18,152 bases of DNA from Bdellovibrionia bacterium (GTDB taxonomy: Bacteria > Bdellovibrionota > UBA1018): contig JBJMMA010000025.1 in the NCBI GenBank assembly GCA_045805065.1, positions 1-18,152 on the forward strand, read 5' to 3'. The notes under the pieces are model-generated. The model saw only the letters and a program-made list of their open reading frames with translations, was not told the DNA's origin and did no database searches. A program made the position numbers and the translations under genes. Positions 16,544 through 18,152 of the stretch are shown piece by piece. Numbering within the stretch: position 1 is the first letter of the stretch; the number at the start of each line of letters is the position of its first letter.

Positions 16544-16649
16544 ATGCCGCCTGGACTATCATATTCGATAGAACGCGGCAATTCCTTGTAAAAAGGCGCT
16601 TTCCCCGCTGGGGCCTTGGGATCTAACCCTTTGAGAGCCTTCATCTTTT

Positions 16650-16689
16650 AAAGCAAAACGCCCCACCCGACAACTCGGATGAGGCGTTT
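16650..16689 (-). terminator. Rho-independent terminator after the SRPBCC gene
   Basis: Minus strand AAACGCCTCATCCGA-GTTG-TCGGGTGGGGCGTTT-TGCTTT, with G:U pairs in the stem. Confidence 0.7.
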
Positions 16690-16711
16690 CTTTGAGTGAT
16701 AATGCCTCGAA

Positions 16712-17536
16712 TTATTTGAACCGCGTCTGGAGCTGCGCCGTCACATACTCCCAACCGTCCCGGTGACTGGTCACTTGTTCTCCGAGCGGTAAGAATTCGT
16801 GCACAAGCTCCAGACTGGATCCGCCCTCGTCTTCATCATCAAACACGAGGGTCACGCGAGTTGGGCGATCAAACTTCATATTGCAGCCTGAGAGCCAGGA
16901 AAAAACGATTTTCTTTCCAGGAATGATTTCCTGAAATTCCCCTGCAACGCCGCCATGCTCGTTAGGGAATTGATACTGACCACCCACGCGAAAATCTGCG
17001 CTTCCCTTCTCAACATCCGAAATGATTCCAAAGAAGTTCTTGGGATTGCTGCATGCGGAGTAAAGAACATCGCGGCTCACTGGAAACATACGAACGATGC
17101 GGACACGTCCTTCCGCAAGCTCACCCGTAAGATCATCCAGCCCTGCGCACCAGCCATGATCATGAGCATCTGCTTCTTCCTGCGTTGCAAAGCCAGTATG
17201 CACGATCAGGATCTTTGTCTTAGCCCCCCCCGACTCAGGAGATAACTCGATCAAAACCCGAGTCTTTGGAAATCCTTCGTCCGATCCCACATCACCCCAG
17301 GTGAAAACCAGTTTCCGGTCAGCAACAATTTCGAGAAACTTTCCGCAGCAGACCACGCCTGCGTTCGCGAAAAAGCTCTTGTATCCGCCTCCCTCGCGGA
17401 AGTCGATCTCAAGCCTCTCACCATCCGCGCCACAGTTTCTAAACAGCCTTCCTTCTGAAAGCGCCCGGAACACATCACGAGGCGCACTGTTTAGAACTCT
17501 TTCGACTCTCACTTCATTTCCGCTTTTTACTGACAT
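16712..17536 (-). CDS. Tandem SRPBCC (AHSA1-like) domain protein, 274 aa
   Basis: Two copies of R-x4-(A/V)...D-F-R-x-GG-x-Y...G-x-F-x-EI...K-x-VF-x-W...T-x-V...H...H-x2-GW. ATG 17536 overlaps the end of the ArsR gene and has a purine-rich RBS. Confidence 0.9.
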   Translation of the reverse strand: MSVKSGNEVRVERVLNSAPRDVFRALSEGRLFRNCGADGERLEIDFREGGGYKSFFANAGVVCCGKFLEIVADRKLVFTWGDVGSDEGFPKTRVLIELSPESGGAKTKILIVHTGFATQEEADAHDHGWCAGLDDLTGELAEGRVRIVRMFPVSRDVLYSACSNPKNFFGIISDVEKGSADFRVGGQYQFPNEHGGVAGEFQEIIPGKKIVFSWLSGCNMKFDRPTRVTLVFDDEDEGGSSLELVHEFLPLGEQVTSHRDGWEYVTAQLQTRFK

Positions 17537-17864
17537 TTGCTTCCCTTTCCAAATAGAGCGCCAGATCATCGAGGCGTTCGTTCCAAAAGTTCTGATAAAA
17601 ACGGATGCACTCTCCGGCTTTCGCCAAAGGCGCTGCATCAAGTTCACACTGGTGCACTCTTCCGTGCTTGGTTCGTTTCACCAGCTTCGCTTTCTCAAGA
17701 ACCTTGATGTGTTTCGAAACAGCCGCGAGCGTCATCCTAAACGGCTCGGCTAACTCTGTGATGGAACGGGTTTGCTCGCCCACCATCTTCAGAATCTGGC
17801 GCCTTGTGGGATCGGCCAGCGCATAGAAGATGCTGTCGAGCTCAGCTGTTTGAAGGTTTACCAT
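17514..17864 (-). CDS. ArsR/SmtB family transcriptional regulator
   Basis: LDSIFYALADPTRRQIL...ELAEPF-MTLAAVSKHIKVLEKA-LV-R-K-GR; the typical ArsR-SRPBCC pair. Confidence 0.95.
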   Translation of the reverse strand: MVNLQTAELDSIFYALADPTRRQILKMVGEQTRSITELAEPFRMTLAAVSKHIKVLEKAKLVKRTKHGRVHQCELDAAPLAKAGECIRFYQNFWNERLDDLALYLEREANVSKKRK

Positions 17865-17912
17865 ATGGTTGAGTATCTCAGAGAGTGATCCAATAGTCAA
17901 CCATTTGGTAAA
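17857..17912 (-). promoter_or_regulatory. ArsR promoter with two operator boxes
   Basis: TTTACCATATGGTTGA (17857-17872) and TCAACCATTTGGTAAA (17897-17912) are near-palindromic and inverted copies of each other. They overlap the -35 TTGACT and the start codon; the promoter is TTGACT-N17-GATACT, 7 nt before the ATG. Confidence 0.75.
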
Positions 17913-17918
17913 GTATCG

Positions 17919-18152
17919 TTATTTCGACGGGAACTTCCAGTTTTGCGCTTCCGTTTCCAAGAACGTCATAAACGCGCGGACGCGTTGAGCAAGGAATCTT
18001 CGGTTGGGTATGACCGCATACATGTTGCCATAGGGTTCGAGTGGATACCGCTGCAGGACTTGTATCAATTTTCCGGACTGCAGCAGTGAAGCGACATCCC
18101 AGATGGAGCGGATTGCGATTCCCGCTCCCTGGCAGGCTAGCTCGCTCAAAAA
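17919..18152 (-). CDS. LysR-family regulator, C-terminal end of substrate-binding domain (partial)
   Basis: LACQGAGIAIRSIWDV...SGKLIQVL...YAVIPNRRFLAQRVRAFMTFL, a CrgA-like LysR C-terminus. Confidence 0.9.
   Translation of the reverse strand, partial: FLSELACQGAGIAIRSIWDVASLLQSGKLIQVLQRYPLEPYGNMYAVIPNRRFLAQRVRAFMTFLETEAQNWKFPSK

Noticed and set aside
17537..17647. ORF-track N-terminal extension of the SRPBCC gene
   Set aside because: It would overlap arsR by more than 130 nt; ATG 17536 has an RBS and matches the domain start.

Overview
Bacterial window of about 52% GC (estimated by eye), probably Bdellovibrionota/Oligoflexia; this is inferred from the chemoreceptor signature '[35 protein letters not shown]' and the many small secreted hypothetical proteins. 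No rRNA, tRNA, CRISPR array or mobile element was seen. Left to right: the 5' end of a Crp/Fnr-type cNMP-binding gene; a divergent three-gene locus (signal-peptide protein of 25 tandem AGQK-type tetrapeptides, a strong hairpin terminator, then two translationally coupled uncharacterised membrane proteins with intramembrane Glu/Asn/His and four-His motifs); an SDR plus a Cu/Zn-SOD/CHRD-like gene; a tandem DUF333-like protein; an operon of a Cys-nucleophile alpha/beta-hydrolase, a sterol desaturase-family enzyme and a PAS histidine kinase; a sigma28-type OprB porin + MCP operon; two small secreted proteins; a beta-helix adhesin-like protein; another secreted protein; ArsR-SRPBCC; and the 3' end of a LysR gene. 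The best candidate for an undescribed system is the AGQK-repeat locus (572-2828). It has the layout of an exported repetitive precursor with dedicated membrane maturation enzymes, either RiPP-like or a cross-linked/adhesive polymer. All family calls come from motif recognition by eye; no searches were run.
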